A stretch of DNA of 64,000 nucleotides. Source: Octopus vulgaris (lineage: Eukaryota). The stretch lies in NCBI GenBank assembly GCA_951406725.2, contig OX597836.1, positions 21,204,001 through 21,268,000 on the forward strand. Reading direction: 5' to 3'. A program made the translations under genes and the position numbers. This document shows, piece after piece, positions 25,265 through 39,501 of this stretch. The notes under the pieces were generated by a model. It saw only the letters and a list, made by a program, of their open reading frames with translations. It had not been told where the DNA came from and made no database searches. Position 1 is the stretch's first letter. Each line of letters opens with the position of its first letter.

Positions 25265-26425
25265 GTAAGTTTGCATTTAAGATATTACATCTTCTGTCCC
25301 AATGTATGTAGAACTAAAAATGAGAAGGGAAGAGGGCAGGTCAGGCATTGTTGATAATTCTAGTAACTCATTCAACAAAGAAGGAGGGGTTTGTGCCCCT
25401 AGACTCTGCAAACCTTCCAAGGTTGGTGAAATCACCACAGTTAGTGTAAGCTTTGAATAGCAGCAACTTGATAGCATCAGGAGAATTTCCTAATGGGATA
25501 ATGTTTTGGGGAGGAAATACTAGAAAAATTGGTATGTGCAAGGCCTAGTGAAATTAGGGTGGTGAGGTGATACAAAGTGGATTGGGTGGGCCTGAGTGGA
25601 AATGGCATACCTATCTACTAAAGGTCCATCAGCACAGAGGAGCTGACATCATTCGTCATCATTAACATTTAACATCCGTTTTCCATGCTGGCATTATTAG
25701 ATGGTTTGCCAGAGACCTGCTCCAGTCATCCGCTTTTGGCTTGGTTTCTACAGCTAGATGCCCTTCCTAATGCCAACTACTTTACAGAGTCTTCTGGGTA
25801 TCTTTTACATGTCAACTGCACAGGTGCCTTATACATATCACCATCGTGTCACTGGCATGAGTGCCTTTAGTAAAAGAAGCAGTGAGAAGACTGCAGGTAT
25901 GTGTAACAGTGGTTGGAAACCTTCGACCTCAGTCTCTAGTTTGAGATTAACTCTACATCTCAACGTACTATTCTCATATGGCACCTTCTTTGTGTAGTGC
26001 CACAAACTTTTTAAGAATTCATCAAAAGCTGCAAAGTAGTCTTATGAGACAGAAAGAGTTGGTGATAATTGAAAGTTCAATACTTTCTTTATCCTGTTGA
26101 TTGTATTAACAGGAACCGAGTCCTAATAGAATTTTTAGAATGAAATTTTCTGGTAATTTTTTTTAAAATGTGTTTTGTACGTATATCTGCACATGTTTTT
26201 ATCTCTGCTCGCTTTATCAACTCCTTCAACACTCCAACCCAGAAATATCAATTCAACTAATTAGTTTAATTAGTTTTACAAAATTAATACATCTAATCTG
26301 GATAATTATCAGCTTTTTGTTTTCAAAGTCTGAGTCATTTAGTAAGATATTTTTAAAATGGAGACTTACTTTTCCCATTGTTATTATCTAATACTTATAA
26401 AATTATTCATCTGATCATTTTGCAG

Positions 26426-26516
26426 TGACATGTCGAACAGCTCCAAATATTACGTGTCGTGGAGAATCAAAGAATGAATCACAGAAATTCACAAGACACC
26501 TACCCTGTAAATGGAC
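26426..26516 (+). CDS. TM2D1: TM2D1 exon 3 (VTCRTAPNITCRGESKNESQKFTRHLPCKWT)
   Basis: TTTTGCAG acceptor and GTAAGT donor. C-x-x-APNITC motif typical of TM2D1. Phases (1/2) fit the neighbouring exons. Confidence 0.93.
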
Positions 26517-26573
26517 GTAAGTCCTGGAGTTTTTAATTTTCCTTCTGTTTATTATATTAAATTATCATCACTA

Positions 26574-26998
26574 CCGTGCCGGTGGCACGTAAAGAGCACC
26601 ATCCGATCGTGGCCGTTGCCAGCCTCGCCTGGCTCCCGTGCCGGTGGCACGTAAAAAGCGCCATCCAATCATTGCCAGCCTCGCCTGGACCCCATGCCGG
26701 TGGCACGTAAAAAGCACCATCCAATCGTTGCCAGCCTCGCCTGGCCCCCGTGCCGGTGGCATGTAAAAAGCACCATCCGACCGTGGCCGTTTGCCAGCCC
26801 CGTCTGGTACCTGTGCCGGTGGCACGTAAAAAGCACCCACTACACTCACGGAGTGATTGGCATTTGGAAGGTCATCCAGCCGTAGAAACATTGCCAGATC
26901 AGACTGGGCCTGGTGCAGCCTTCTGGCTTCCCAGACCCCAGTTGAACTGTCCAACCCATGCTAGCATGGAAAGCGGGTGCTAAATGATGATCATCATC
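26574..26998 (+). mobile_element. 5'-truncated RTE-LINE 3' UTR fragment with five ~45-65 bp sub-repeats
   Basis: GTGCCGGTGGCACGTAAAAAGCACC units and a (GAT)n tail. Same sequence as the tail of the LINE at 45893-46607. Other copies at 24701-24980(-), 31085-31597, 44789-45057 and 61884-62127. Confidence 0.75.
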
Positions 26999-28167
26999 TA
27001 ACATCTATTATTGTCCATGCTGGCATGAGTTGGACGGTTTGACCAGGGCTGGTAAGCTGAGGAGCTGCACCAGACTCCAGTCTGATTTGGCCTGGTTTCT
27101 ACAGCTGGATGCCCTTCCAAATGCCAACTACTCCAAGAGTGTAATGGGTGCTCTTACATGCCATCGGCACCGGTGCCAGTTGTGTGACACCGGTATCTGC
27201 CACGACTATGATTTCACTTGGCTTGCTGGGTCTTCTTGTCAAGCACGGTATATTACCAAAGGTCTTGGTCATTTGTCATTGGCTCCATGAGGCCCAACGC
27301 TCAAGAGCTGCTTTTTACGTGCCACTGGCATTGACCACATTGCCTCACATTTCAGAGTCAGAGCACAATGTCTACCAAAGACATACGTTTTTGATTCTTC
27401 ATCATCATACCCACAGCTCCTTTCTGCACCCCTATGACCTATTCCTTCTTTGTAATGAGTGAAAATGAACTGAAAACCACAAGGTTGGGAAGTAAACTTC
27501 TTGACCACATGCCTATATCATCATCATTTAACAGCCATGTCCTACCATTCATGCCAGCATGGTATAGGTTGGACGGGTTGACAAGGATCCAGTATGTCCA
27601 GGCACCACATCCATGGACTGCTTTGGCATGGTTTCTACGGCTGGATGCCCTTCCTAACACAGTGTGTACTGGGTGCAATTTCTGTGTCACCAGCACTATT
27701 GGGGCTGCCATGCAGCACTGAGAAGTTGGGGTCAGAGTAAGTTCTTGTTATGGAGGAGCTGCATGGACTCACAATTGGGAGAGAGAGAGAATGAGAATTG
27801 GTGGTGTCTCTGAAGAGATAATGATGGAGATGCGATGTCTGAATGGCACCTCAAGGTACAAGGTGAGTAGTAAGTAGTGAGTGGGGATGCAGTAGCTAGG
27901 AGTGTGGGTTGGGGTTGCAAGAGTGTATGAGGGGGAGAGGGACATCTGTGAAGATTGGGATGGGTTGAAGGGTGGGGGGGTGCATGAATCGGGGAAGGTA
28001 GAGGGATGCTAGCAGCAGCAGCACGGTAATGGTGATATAGTTGACAGGGAGAGGAAAGAGATGACTTGCTTGAGTAGGTTGCTGGAGTGAGGTAGAGAGA
28101 GATGATGAAGTAGAAAATGGGATTTGGAGAGAATCAAGCAGAACCCACCTGCAAGGAATTAGCTATC

Positions 28168-28561
28168 ACTCTTTACTCTTTTACTTGTTTCAGTCATTTG
28201 ACTGCGGCCGTGCTGGAGCACCGCCTTTAGTCGAGCAAATCGACCCTGGGACTTATTCTTTGTAAGCCCAGTACTTATTCTATCGATCTCTTTTGCCGAA
28301 CCGCTAAGTTACAGGGGACATAAACACGCCAGCATCGGTTGTCAAGCAATGCTAGGGGGACAAACACACACACATACATACATATATATACATATATACG
28401 ACAGGCTTCTTTCAGTTTCCATCTACCAAATCCACTCACAAGGCATTGGTCAGCCCGGGGCTATAGCAGAAGACACTTGCCCAAGATGCCATGCAGTGGG
28501 ACTGAACCTGGAACCATGTGGTTGGTAAGCAAGCTACTTACCACACAGCCACTCCTGCGCC
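28168..28561 (-). mobile_element. tRNA-derived SINE, family A
   Basis: Reverse complement of the 44105-44518 element. Confidence 0.85.
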
Positions 28562-29404
28562 TATATATATCAGTTTATATAGTAATTAAATGACAATGTG
28601 TATGCATAAGGATTGTGATATCTGGCACCTTGCTCTACTCAAGAAGACACATCTGCCATAGCAGAATTGATACCAGTGCTAGTGCTACATAAAAAGCACT
28701 CAGTAAACTGTGGAGTGGTTGGTGACAGGAAGGGCATCCAACCATAGAAACCATGCTAGAACAGATCATAGAGCTTGATGCAGCTCCTGGCTTTACCAGC
28801 TCCAGTAAAACCATCCAACACATGCCACCTTGGAAAATGGACATTAAATGATGATGATGATATGAAGAAAAAAAAAAACAATTGCCAATCATGATGAATA
28901 AAATGGAGACAGCATCAAAATATATAAATTATTTTTCTTAATGACTTTCTGAATGTCATTAGCATAAAAACACAGGTTTCAAAACACAGCGACATCCAAC
29001 ATATTCCAGAATCTAATGATGAAATTTTCTTTTTTTCTTTTCTGAAGAAAAATTTGTTAATGAGTTTTATCTTTGATTCTATCTCATTAAATCAGCTGTG
29101 ATTCTGACATCAACCTCATAAGCAATGCAAATTGATTTAGCTCTATTTTGCTAATGAGGTTCAAATTTCTCTTGCTTTATCTACAAATGAAAGTTAGACG
29201 TAAAATGTCATAAAGCTCATTATATTTCATCTCCTTGTTTTTAATTTAATTCACGGTTAGTTGAATCTTAACTGTTTAGAAGAATTTCTTTAAGCCATTT
29301 TGATACATGCATGATTGTATCTGTATATTTCTATCTACCTCAACAAAATACAATTGGTTAATTTTATTTATTTTTTGTTTTTTATATCGTTTCCCTTCTT
29401 GCAG

Positions 29405-29496
29405 AAATGGTCACTCATTTGAAACAGCTTTACTGTTATCAATATTCCTTGGTATGTTTGGAGTTGACAGATTTTATCTTGGTTACCCTGCTATTG
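29405..29496 (+). CDS. TM2D1: TM2D1 exon 4 (NGHSFETALLLSIFLGMFGVDRFYLGYPAIG; TM2 domain)
   Basis: Diagnostic TM2 motif LSxFLGxxGxDRFYLGYP, with TTGCAG acceptor and GTAAGT donor. Confidence 0.97.
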
Positions 29497-30085
29497 GTAA
29501 GTCACTGCTATTAGTATTTTAGTATTTACTAAGAATTTTTATAAATATATGAACTATAATGTAAGTGAGCAGTTGTTGAGGTGACTAATTCAGTTGAGTG
29601 CTATGCTAAATGCTTTATATAGTAATTTTTGATGTTGTCCCTCTTGGGACAAATCTTGTTAAACTTTCGACTTTGTCTTTTCTCCATTCCAAAGGGCATC
29701 TACTGACAATGAAATAGGTCTCTCTCAGTTTCAGTGCTGAATATTCAGTTGTTCAATCTCAACTAAATATACCATACATGCATGTACGATGCCCCCCCCT
29801 TCTTTTTTTTTCTTTTAATGTCTCAGAAAATCACACTGGATCCTACATGCAAAGTTCCTATATAACATACTGTAACATACTAAAGACTTTTTTCCCTGAA
29901 TATGCACAGTTGAAATTAGAGTGTGTCTTTTATGCCATCAATGTTCCCTCAAAGATGGAGTTTGAGAATATCCTTCAAAGGCTGAAGAGATACTCTGAGT
30001 TATTAAATCTGCTTTTTTTTTTTTTATCTTTTTAGGACTTACCCTTATTTTTCTTGTCATTAAATCTTTATTTACATTTTTTTAG

Positions 30086-30159
30086 GGCTGCTGAAATTCT
30101 CAACTCTGGGATTTATGTTCCTCGGACAACTAATTGACATCTTATTAATTGCTACCCAG
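30086..30159 (+). CDS. TM2D1: TM2D1 exon 5 (LLKFSTLGFMFLGQLIDILLIATQ)
   Basis: Second TM helix of the TM2 domain. TTTTAG acceptor, CAG|GTATTT donor, in frame. Confidence 0.95.
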
Positions 30160-31290
30160 GTATTTGTAACATGCTATTTATTTACAATCAATATAACCTT
30201 TTGTGTAGATCGTAAATGTTTTTAATCAGTCTTTTATCCAAAAACCTAGTGTTCTCCCTTGGTTTACTGTCATTCACTGTATTTTAGCTGAGTTTGATTG
30301 AGTATTTGAACCTTTTCTCATTGATACTGAATCAAAACAAGACAAGATCTCTTGGCTTAATGTAAGATCTTCCTCAATTATAAACTTGGTACCAGCAAAA
30401 GAAAGAAAGTTTGCTATAGCTTACCAGCAATCACTTGATTTTATTTGAATCTATTTGAGTCCTCTCTTGTTATCTACTTCCTCTAAGATAAAATTTGAAA
30501 TAAAAATGAAAGCACGCCTGGCTTTTTTCAAAGTGTCTCTTGTTCATAAACTTGTCATGTGTAAATGAAACATTTGCTGAGAGCCAGGTTAAATCCACAG
30601 AATGTTAGTCTTCTGGAATTGCCTCCTTCCAAGTTTTCCTGCAGCTGTCGATATGCAAGTGTGCAAGAGGGACATTAACTGTATCAGTATTTATAGGTCT
30701 CGCTTAAGGCAGCAAACTGGCAGAATTCTTTTGCATGCTGGGCAAAATGCTAAGCGGCATCTCATCTGTCTTTACATCCTGAGTTCAAATTCTGCCATGG
30801 TTGACTTTGCCTTTCATCCTTTTGAGGTCAGTAAAATAAATACCAGTTAATCACTGAGGTCAGTGTAATCAACTTAGCCCCTTCCACGAAATTGCTGGCC
30901 TTGTGCCAGTATTTGAAACAAATATTAAAGGTTTCACAGGGCTTGCAAGACACTAAGCATAGCAATTCTCTTCAGACCGATACAATAAAAATAGAAAATA
31001 AAATATAGAAAAACTGTTCTTTGGTAATAGAGATATAGACACAGGCATGGCTGTAATCTTGTATTTTATTTATTAAGAATTTCACTGCCAGCCCCGTCTG
31101 GCCTCCGTGCCAGTGGCACGTAAAAAGCACCATCCGATCGTGGCCGTTGTCAGCCTAGTCTGGCACGTAAAAAGCACCCACTACACTCATGGAGTGGTTG
31201 GTGTTAGGAAGGGCATCCAGCTGTAGAAACACTGCCAGATCAGACTGGAGCCTGGTGCAGCCTTCTGGCTTCCCAGACCCCAGTTGAACC

Positions 31291-31522
31291 TATTTCTTTA
31301 TTACCCACAAGGGGTTAAACACAGAGGGGACAAACAAGGACAGACATAGGTATTAAGTCGATTACATCGACCCCAGTGCGTAACTGGTACTTTATTTATC
31401 GACCCAGATAGGATGAAAGGCAAAGTCGACCTTGGCGGAATTCGAACTCACAACGTAACGCAGACGAAATACCGCTAAGCATTTCGCCCGGCGTGCTAAC
31501 GTTTCTGCCAGCTTGCCGCCTT
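31291..31522 (-). mobile_element. SINE-like family B nested in an RTE tail
   Basis: TSD TTGAACC at 31284-31290 and 31523-31529; it interrupts the RTE 3' UTR copy. Confidence 0.8.
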
Positions 31523-31620
31523 TTGAACCGTCCCCAGTTGAACCGTCCAACCCATGCTAGCATGGAAAGCGAACTTTAAACGATGATGATGATGATGTAT
31601 TTTATTTATTTATTTTTTAG

Positions 31621-31728
31621 GTTGTGAAACCAGCTGATGGATCTGACTATGTCATTGACTATTATGGAGCTGTTTTGACCAGACTATCAATGGATAATGA
31701 GACTTATATCAAACCACCAAATTACTAA
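31621..31728 (+). CDS. TM2D1: TM2D1 exon 6, terminal (VVKPADGSDYVIDYYGAVLTRLSMDNETYIKPPNY*)
   Basis: Matches the TM2D1-specific C-terminus 'PSDGSSYIIDYYGTRLTRLSITNET'. TTTTAG acceptor, TAA at 31726-31728. Confidence 0.96.
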   Translation, partial: VVKPADGSDYVIDYYGAVLTRLSMDNETYIKPPNY

Positions 31729-34700
31729 TGAACATTAACAACCCCAACTTTCCTTGATCTCTTCATTGACAGTGTTGAGAAAGCATTATCCACTGTTGCG
31801 TTTTGACATTTATGCTATCATGCATGATGATATGATGTTACTTGTATAAAGGTGCAGATAGAACCACGAGGTTCAGAAGCTTGCTTTGCTATGTGATTCT
31901 GGGTTCAGTTCCACTGCATAGCACCTCGGGCAAATGTCTTTTACAGGTCTCGCTTAAGGCAGCAAACTGGCAGAATTGTTTGCATGCTGGGCAAAATGCT
32001 TAGCAGCATCTCATCTGTCTTTACATCCTGAGTTCAAATTCTGCCAAGGTGGACTTTGCCTTTTATCCTTTTAAGATCAGTAAAATAAATACCAGTTAAT
32101 CACTGAGGTCAGTGTAATCAACTTAGCCCCTTCCACGAAATTGCTGGCCTTGTGCCAGTATTTGAAACAAATATTAAAGGTTTTACAGGGCCTGCAAGAC
32201 ACTAAGCATAGCAATTTTCTTCAGACCAATACTTTGGGCTGAGCAATACTTTTTGAGTATTATTTGGTAACCAGGAACTATGCCAAAGACCATCAATAAA
32301 TTAATTAATTTTTGTTTCCAATACATAGAAGAGATTATAGCACAGTAAAGTCCCATAAGCAGAATAACCTACCTCTGACCCTTAATCTCCCATCTTCCAA
32401 ATCAACACCCCAGTTTACAGGATTACTAAACAACTAGATAAAATTATAAAGATATATACACCAGATAGATATGTTATACACTCATTGGATAGGTTCATAT
32501 AAATTTTACAACTGACTAAACAGTTATTTCTACTATGAATGTAGAAAATCTCTTTACTAATGTTTCTATATTGGGAACTGTAGGCATAACATTAGACCAG
32601 GTGTATACACACCCCTACAATAAAAGTACCCAATATGCCAAGAAACTTCATTAGAAAGTTCCTGTTGGCTTGCACAACTAAGGTTCTCTTCCATTGCCTG
32701 CAAGGCAATTCATAAATCCAAGTGAATGGAGTGGCCATGGATTTTGAACTTGGGGCCACATTCGTAGCCTTTTATGTGACTAGTGTTGATAACAAGGTTA
32801 TTCCCAGACATAAAGCCAAAACCATAGCTGTTACTAGCAAGCGGGTATGACTTGATAGTATGTATCATGCTTTCACTAATGGTTTAGGTATCTACATTGT
32901 CATGATCAAATGGAGATACCTTCCTGCGACCTGGTCCAGAGGAACATCCAGGGGTGACAGCTGGCAGGAGAAAGAGCTGCACCAGTGCTAAGCTGGTATT
33001 TGTTTCCGGCTGAGTAGACTGGTGCACTGTAAAATGAAGCACTCTGCTCAAGCAAACAACAATATGCCACTCTGTGAAGAAATCGAACCCACAGCTTTAT
33101 GATAGGGGGCCCATTACCCTAACCATTTGGCTGTGCATTTTACATTCCTAAACATAACCACATCATATATAAATACTTGTACATTGACAACATTGTGATG
33201 GTCACATAAAAACCATCACATTTATGGTGATGGTCACTTAAAAACAGGCAGCTATTTAACAAAAAAATGGGGGAAAAAAAGCCAATTCCATTTTACAATT
33301 CAATGTAGTTCCAGCAGAATTTCAGACCACATATTCTTAGATATAAATGTAGAAACAGAGAAGAATCTTCTATCACACCTTCACTTACATGCAGGAAACA
33401 AACATACTCTTAATGCACAGAGTTAGTGTGTCCACTGAGATTAAAAATTTCTATAGTAAAATCACTTCTAAAATGCTTCCTTAAATTTCCATTCATAAAA
33501 GAAGTTTTAAATAAGGAAAATCATTAACCCTCTTCTTTTTATATTCCTGTTGAAATACATTGCCTTTGTTTCAATTCATTTTGAAAATAATAAAGAATTT
33601 AGTAAAATAACTGTCGTTATTAAGCTGGATTAAGGTGGCGAGCTGGCAGAATCGTTAGCATGCTGGGTAAAAATGCTTAACAGCATTTCATCCATCTCTA
33701 TGTTCTAGGTTCAAATACCACCAAGGTCAACTTTGCCTTTCTTCCTTTTGGGTTGATGAAATAAGTACCAGTTGAGCACTGGGGGGTCGATGTAATCAAC
33801 TTACCGCCTCTCTTGAACTTGCTGGCCTTGTGCCAAAATTCAAAATCATTATTAAACACTGGAGTTTGAAACAAAAATTAATATAAAATTTTATTAGATG
33901 GTTTTAATGCAGATCAATTTAAAATATGAAGTTTGTGTCATGGGTCCAGGGTTGATCCCAGGCAAGTTGATATAAAGGGTTACACAGTTTAAACTTCAGT
34001 TAATAACTAATTCTCTAACACATCAGACCAAGCTGTAGAACTGTACAAGAACAAATTCAACTTTTATACAGCATGTATATAACATGGTATATGAATCAAA
34101 TGCAGCGTAATTATACAACAGATGGATATGTCAAATAAAACAAAAAAAAACTCATAAAACAATACATATGTCACACTTAACCACAAACTAATAATTAGAA
34201 CAGATTACAAAAACAGCAAAAATGAAAACAACCATCTCATCCCAATGAAACTAGAACACCTGTAAGTCATAACATACTTGACACAACCAACATAAATGTA
34301 AAAATTTTGATGTAAAACATGGAAGTTGTAAACTTCGTAACTCATACAAGTACAATACTTTCTCATTCATTGACTGTGCTTTTACGAGGAACCATTAGGG
34401 CTTCTGTCTGTCATAGTCAACTATCTATCTGTACTTATATGCACACTGGCTTGGGCAAATTTAAAAAAAAAAAATTTCTTTCTTTTTCCTTGCTACTATT
34501 ATTACTCAAGGGAAAAAGCTTAAAGGCTGAAACTGCTTGACATTAATGTTATGGCAAGCTTTGTCATCAAAATGCAAAGAGCCAACACAGATATCAAGGC
34601 AGCTCATCTAATACTGTAACAGTCCACTGCCCTGTATTGTTACTTTTTTTTTATTGATCCTGAAAGGCTGAAATGCAAAAGTTGGCATTTGAATCCAGTA

Positions 34701-37700
34701 GGATATTAAAATACTATAAGGCCGTCTGTCCAATATTTTAATGACTGTCAACTTGCCAACATTACAACACATTAGAATATGGAACACGGAATAAAACTAT
34801 GAAGAAATATTTATTAATTGATGGCACTACTGTATTTAGAATTAGAATTTCTTAAAAAAATGACAATATAAACTTTGGAAGATTTATTAATAGCAAGATA
34901 CAAACAAAATATTAACTCAGAGCACATGTGAAATGAGTTGATCCAGGATTAAGAAGTTCTGATAGTGGCCTTCTCAACCTGGTGATTTCTGGTTCAGAAC
35001 CACTGCACTTCAGGCAAGTGTTTTCTATATCTCCAGGCTGACCAAAGCATTGTGAGTGAATTTGGTAGGCAGGAACTGAAAGAAGACTGTCATCTATATA
35101 TATATATTTGTCTTTATATTCAGTTATAATAAAAACAATTATACATTAATATGATGGGTTACTCTATACTTTTGTAGAGTACATTATTCTTATACAAGAA
35201 TGTTGATAGTGATCGGTTAATCTCGATCAGTTAAGCCATCATCCAATGAAAGTTCAAAGTCTCTACAGCATTCTTGTATAAGAATAATAAATATATATAT
35301 ATGAGTGAGTGGACAAATGAAAGAAAAATTTAACACATTCAGTAGGAATTACATGTATTATTTAAAGCAGTTTGATCTGGATCCATACAGCTCAAAGTTT
35401 TGAGGGCCTCTAACAGAAGCCCACAGGACTGTTAAGTTGCATGGAGCCAAATCAAACTGCTAAATTTTTGTAACCTCACATGGTAGTTGTAAGCAAACAT
35501 CACCACTATACGGGTGATATCTTTCATTTACAATCTTTTGTGAAAACGTTCAAGCATGGGGAAATATTCTTTGAAAGCAAATGAAAGGGTTGGTAACAGG
35601 AAAGGCATCCAACCATAGAAACTTTGCCCCAGTGGAGTCTGTTTGACCCATGTAAGCTTGGAAAAGTGGACATTAAAATGACGATGTGATGGTAACATAT
35701 ATAGGCAAATTGGCAGAGGTCATTAGAGTAACAGATACATATTGTAGTATTTCTTTCTATTCTGGGTTCAAGTCCTGCTGATGTTAATTTCCCTTTCGTC
35801 CCTTCAGGGTAATTTTTTTTCTCTCTGGGAAGGAAAAAATATCACTTATGATCAGACCTGGAGAGGGATGGGTTCTGCCAGGTGTAATAAAATTGTCCAA
35901 GACACACCTTATATCATGATTTCACTGCTACAACTCCATCTGGAATTGAGAACAAAGCATATTTGTATGTATTGCTATATATGTATATATCCATGTTTCT
36001 CTCATCCTTTTTTGTCAAAGAGCATAGACTTGAAACATCAATGATTTTTCCATTTTTCCTGAGTGTCAAACTAATACGCCTGCTTGTTCCCTCACCTATC
36101 TCTCTTTTATTTTCTATTCATTTGAACCATATGTGTGCATGCATATATATATATATATATATGATGGCAAACCCACTGTTGTGGACTAGCTTTATTTATT
36201 TGGCTGCTGTCATTTTTTTTTCCCTTTCTTATATTCTATCTTGATAACCTATCATTTTTCACCTTTCATCATCATTTTTATTTTGCTGTTTTACTTCTTT
36301 TTTTTTTTTTATATTTAAGTTTTCACTAACAGATGGAACTTCACCCAGAAATTATATTTATATTGTGTAAATCAATCAAATAAATAAGTTTATTCTTTTA
36401 ATCTCCAGTATATGTTTTTTCTCTGTTAACCCTTTTGTTACTATGTTTCTGATGATACACTTATATGGTCACAGGACATCACAGAATGTAAACAACATGA
36501 AATATGAAATATGCAAACATGGAATACAAACTTTTTTTGTGAACAACGAAAGAAACGAATGGAAAACAAGACAAGCAACATAAAGAATGACCCTTCATCA
36601 GTTGTCGGCTGTTTTTCTACTCCGTATTTTGAGCAATTCACAACAATATATGCCTTCAACAAAACAGTTGCTCCCACAAAGCAAATTAAATAAAATTGGG
36701 GATTCTGCGGAGAGTCAAAGTTGGTAACAAAAACAGGACAGTGAAAACAAACAGGAAGGGCTGCTAAGCCTGAACAAAGTGAGTTGGCAAATGCTTTAAG
36801 AACAAGCTCTGACAGGAGACAGACAAAAATGCATCTGATCACTGTGGCTGATTGGAAGGAAAGAAGGAAGTTAGGAAAAGAAAGATGGCCAGTAGTCATG
36901 TGCAAGCAACAAGAGAGCAAAGGAGGAGAAGTGAGGGAGAGAGAGAGAGACAGAGAATGGCGAAGGAGGAAGGAAAAGAATTAGAGAAAGGATGAGAGAG
37001 AAAAAAAAAACGGAAGGGTGAGAATGGGATATAAAAATAATTAGAGAGAGGAAACGAAAGGGGAGTGGGAAAGAGAAAGGGATAGAAATAGAATAAGGGT
37101 CGCATCGAAATTATTAAGGTAAAACTTACTTGGATGTGATGTATGGTGTTCAATCATATAATATAAATAATATATATGCATATATACAGATATGTACATA
37201 CTTACATATACATGTATATACATATGCATATATGGGCACAGGACATCACAGAATGTGAACAATATGAAATAAGAAAACATGGAATATGAACTTTTTTGCG
37301 AGCAACGAAAGAAACAAATGGAAAACTATTTATATGATTGAACGCCACACATCCATTTCCAAGTAAGTTTTGGGCACCATTCGAGCGTGATCGTTACCAA
37401 CGTCGTCTTACTGGCACCTGTGCTGGTGGCATGTGTAAAAGGATTCGAGGTTGTTGCCAGTACTGCCTGACTGGCCTCTGTGCCGGTGGCACGTAAAAAG
37501 CACCCACTACACTCTCGGAGTGGTTGGCTTTAGGAAGGGCATCCAACTGTAGAAACTCTGCAAAATCAAGATTGGAGCCTGGTGCAGCCATCTGGTTCGC
37601 CAGCCCTCAGTCAAAATCATCCAACCCATGCTAGCATGGAAAGTGTAATAATGTATTTCATTGTGCCTATATTAGTCAAATGTAATTGAGGTAATATGCA

Positions 37701-38716
37701 GTTAAAAATGAGTTACTTATATATATATCTCAAGGCCTTGTCAGAGATTATAAAGTACAATTATGAAGATATAAAATGCAAATATAAATATGATACAAGT
37801 GTGTGTGTATAGGAGATGAGGATAATGTATATGCATGAGTGTGCGTGTGAAAGAGAAAGAGAGTGGCTGGTGAGACTGGCAGTGTGTTGTACAAGGTAGT
37901 GATGTTTGTTGCTGGGTGTCTATATGTTTGTATGTACATGTATACCTTTGTGCGACTGAGTATGCAGTATTAGTTGGCTATCAATGCGTGTGTGTGTGTG
38001 TGTGTGCATGATGACTTTCCACATAGTTTCCATCAATCAATTTTCCTTCACATAAAGACATCACTCAACAAACACTTTATAATATTCAGACTTTCCTGAA
38101 ACAGTAAACCATGACACATGATGAGATTTCGTCCATCGCATCTATCCCAAGATCTGTCTCTCCTGAGAAGCCATCCAGCTCTAAACAATACTGAAGCAAT
38201 CTTTCTCTCGTTCGGCCAAAATCACATTTATAAATCTCTCTCTTCTCCATACTGAACTATTAAACTTGACAGAATGAAATTTCAAGTGACAGCCAAGACA
38301 GCAATACACGACTTCACCTTTATGCTTGACACTGCAACATACTCAATGAAGACTAAAAGCTATTAGAATCTTTAATTAATTGTAATTACACGTTGGCTGA
38401 GGAAGAAGAACTGAAACATTTTAACGAGCTAGGTTTAGATTACAGCTGCTTGATTGCTTGATGAATGACAACAAAAACAAATTTTAAAATCCGCAATAAG
38501 AAAAAAAACAATAATAACTATGAAACGGTAATTGCAAACACAAAAAAAAACAACAATAATTATAATAATGAAATCATCACCATCACCATCACCATCATCA
38601 TTTGATGATGATCATAATATATAAATATATATGTCATTGCTTTATGATATTTGTGTTTTTATTCATTATTATGTGTGTGTATGTATGTGTGTATATATGT
38701 GTGTTTATACAATGAA

Positions 38717-38756
<40 letters not shown>

Positions 38757-38924
38757 AATTGAGATAGGGGTTGTAAGTGCAACCCTCCATGGGATAACAT
38801 ATATCCAATATACTGCTAGTGAAGCACCCAACAAAGTAATACATAAATGTTAAGAACTGCAATGCAGTTAATTCATTTACTGTATTATATGGGCAAAGGT
38901 AAAATGTTTTACCACAAATTAATA

Positions 38925-39128
38925 ATACAAAATAAGAAAATGGAGAAACACATCTAAATCAATTATCAACTACCAGATAATACCCAATCACATAATTTAT
39001 TAAACCACTACATATGAACCACTACACCAAAGAGTTCATATGTAGTGGTTTAATAAATTATGTGATTGGGTATTATCTGGTAGTTGATCATTGATTAAGA
39101 TGTGTTTCTCCGTTTTCTTATTTTGTAT
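38925..39128. repeat. Near-perfect ~200-bp palindrome
   Basis: ATACAAAATAAGAAAATGGAGAAACACATC ... GATGTGTTTCTCCGTTTTCTTATTTTGTAT with a loop of about 13 nt. Related half-copies near 15520-15570 and 46950-47000. Confidence 0.9.
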
Positions 39129-39461
39129 ATACATATATATATATATATAGAAAATAGTAAAAAGTGAAAAAACTACAGAAGCCTTGTTTAAAAAGGTTAA
39201 AAAATATATATTTGAGTCATTATGTCAGAAGAATGTTATAAATTTTTTTCATACAGTGACATAGTTTTTGAAGAAATTACCGGTTTCGTGTATAAGTTTT
39301 CAAATTTCTCAAAACATTGTTATGATTTCATTCATTAAGAAGTGCATATAAATACATGGAATTTAACCTCTTTACTTGTGTGATTTTTTTGCTACCCTGG
39401 TAACTATTTATCTATTTTTTCAGTGTTAATTGTTAACAGGGGAAAAATATACTCATCTATT

Positions 39462-39497
<36 letters not shown>

Positions 39498-39501
<4 letters not shown>

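Noticed and set aside
26574-26845. Regularly spaced palindromic repeats resembling a CRISPR array
   Set aside because: The spacers are homologous to each other and the block is part of the RTE LINE 3' UTR.
38040-38420. Unique-looking stretch as a possible exon of an intervening minus-strand gene
   Set aside because: The frame I translated had a stop and no recognisable protein, the ORF track lists nothing here, and I found no partner exons.
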